A DNA stretch of 64,000 bases from Lytechinus pictus (lineage: Eukaryota), in contig NC_087251.1 of NCBI RefSeq assembly GCF_037042905.1, forward strand, positions 28,460,001 through 28,524,000, written 5' to 3'. Both the position numbers and the translations under genes were made by a program. Of this stretch, positions 63,506 to 64,000 are shown in pieces. The notes beneath the pieces are model-generated. The model worked only from the letters and a program-made list of their open reading frames with translations. It was not told the origin of the DNA and did no database searches. The stretch's first letter is position 1. The number at the start of each line of letters is the position of its first letter.

Positions 63506-64000
63506 GTAAGTTGATCCCTATAGCCAATCCTTGACCAAGATTCTCTCCTTGTTTGATTTCAATGAGCGATGATATTGTGCTAATTTTAGTCTCATTTGAC
63601 CTTCTTTTTGGTAATCTTTTTCAAATAGTGCAATTCCTGTTTTGAACTTGAGTAACAACAGAATTTCATTATTTCCATTTTGGATACATTACTTTACAGT
63701 AAGTTCTGAATAGTCTTCAGATTTTTTAAAGCTTACCTATTTGTCTTTCTTCATCAGCTCTCTTTTTTTTGTCCCATGAAATTGTCTCCCAAAACAATTA
63801 TTACAAATTTTAGTTAACCACTGAAAGTAATCCATTTCCGTTCTTCATAAAAACAGGAGCTTTTGCATTTCTTGAAAAAATATACAATCACTACCATACA
63901 ACAGAAATGATTTGACATTACAAATTTGATAGTTTTTTTAGATTTTTTTAACATTATAATTAATACTGTGAGGTATAACTGTAAAACAAGTGTTAATGAT

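Overview
AT-rich animal genomic DNA with GT-AG introns; the repeat landscape suggests an echinoderm, probably a sea urchin (inference). The window is an internal slice of one giant plus-strand spectrin-repeat gene, most similar to nesprin-1/SYNE1/MSP300. I traced 45 splice-compatible exons from 527 to 50808 (18,771 nt, 6,257 codons, all phases consistent). Neither the N-terminal CH domains nor the C-terminal KASH domain lie in the window. Three features stand out. (1) A 9,315-nt exon (38480-47794) inserts about 3,050 aa into one spectrin repeat and carries 13 copies of a roughly 110-aa beta-rich repeat (QxxTxxGPAYxLxP...DPxxG) that I do not recognise, in the order X-Y-ABCD-AD-ABCD-Z. (2) An intronic 342-codon exon starts with an N-myristoylation motif (MGSEQS), has its own repeats, and splices in frame into the rod. 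(3) An 18-codon candidate first exon near the window end encodes CDK sites plus a perfect D-box (MLSSPITPKRRTLVPLGN). Together they suggest a nesprin with swappable N-terminal caps and a giant repeat insert. The introns hold non-autonomous DNA transposons (Harbinger-, piggyBac-, pogo- and hAT-like) and SINE/LINE remnants. All calls are by eye; no searches were run.
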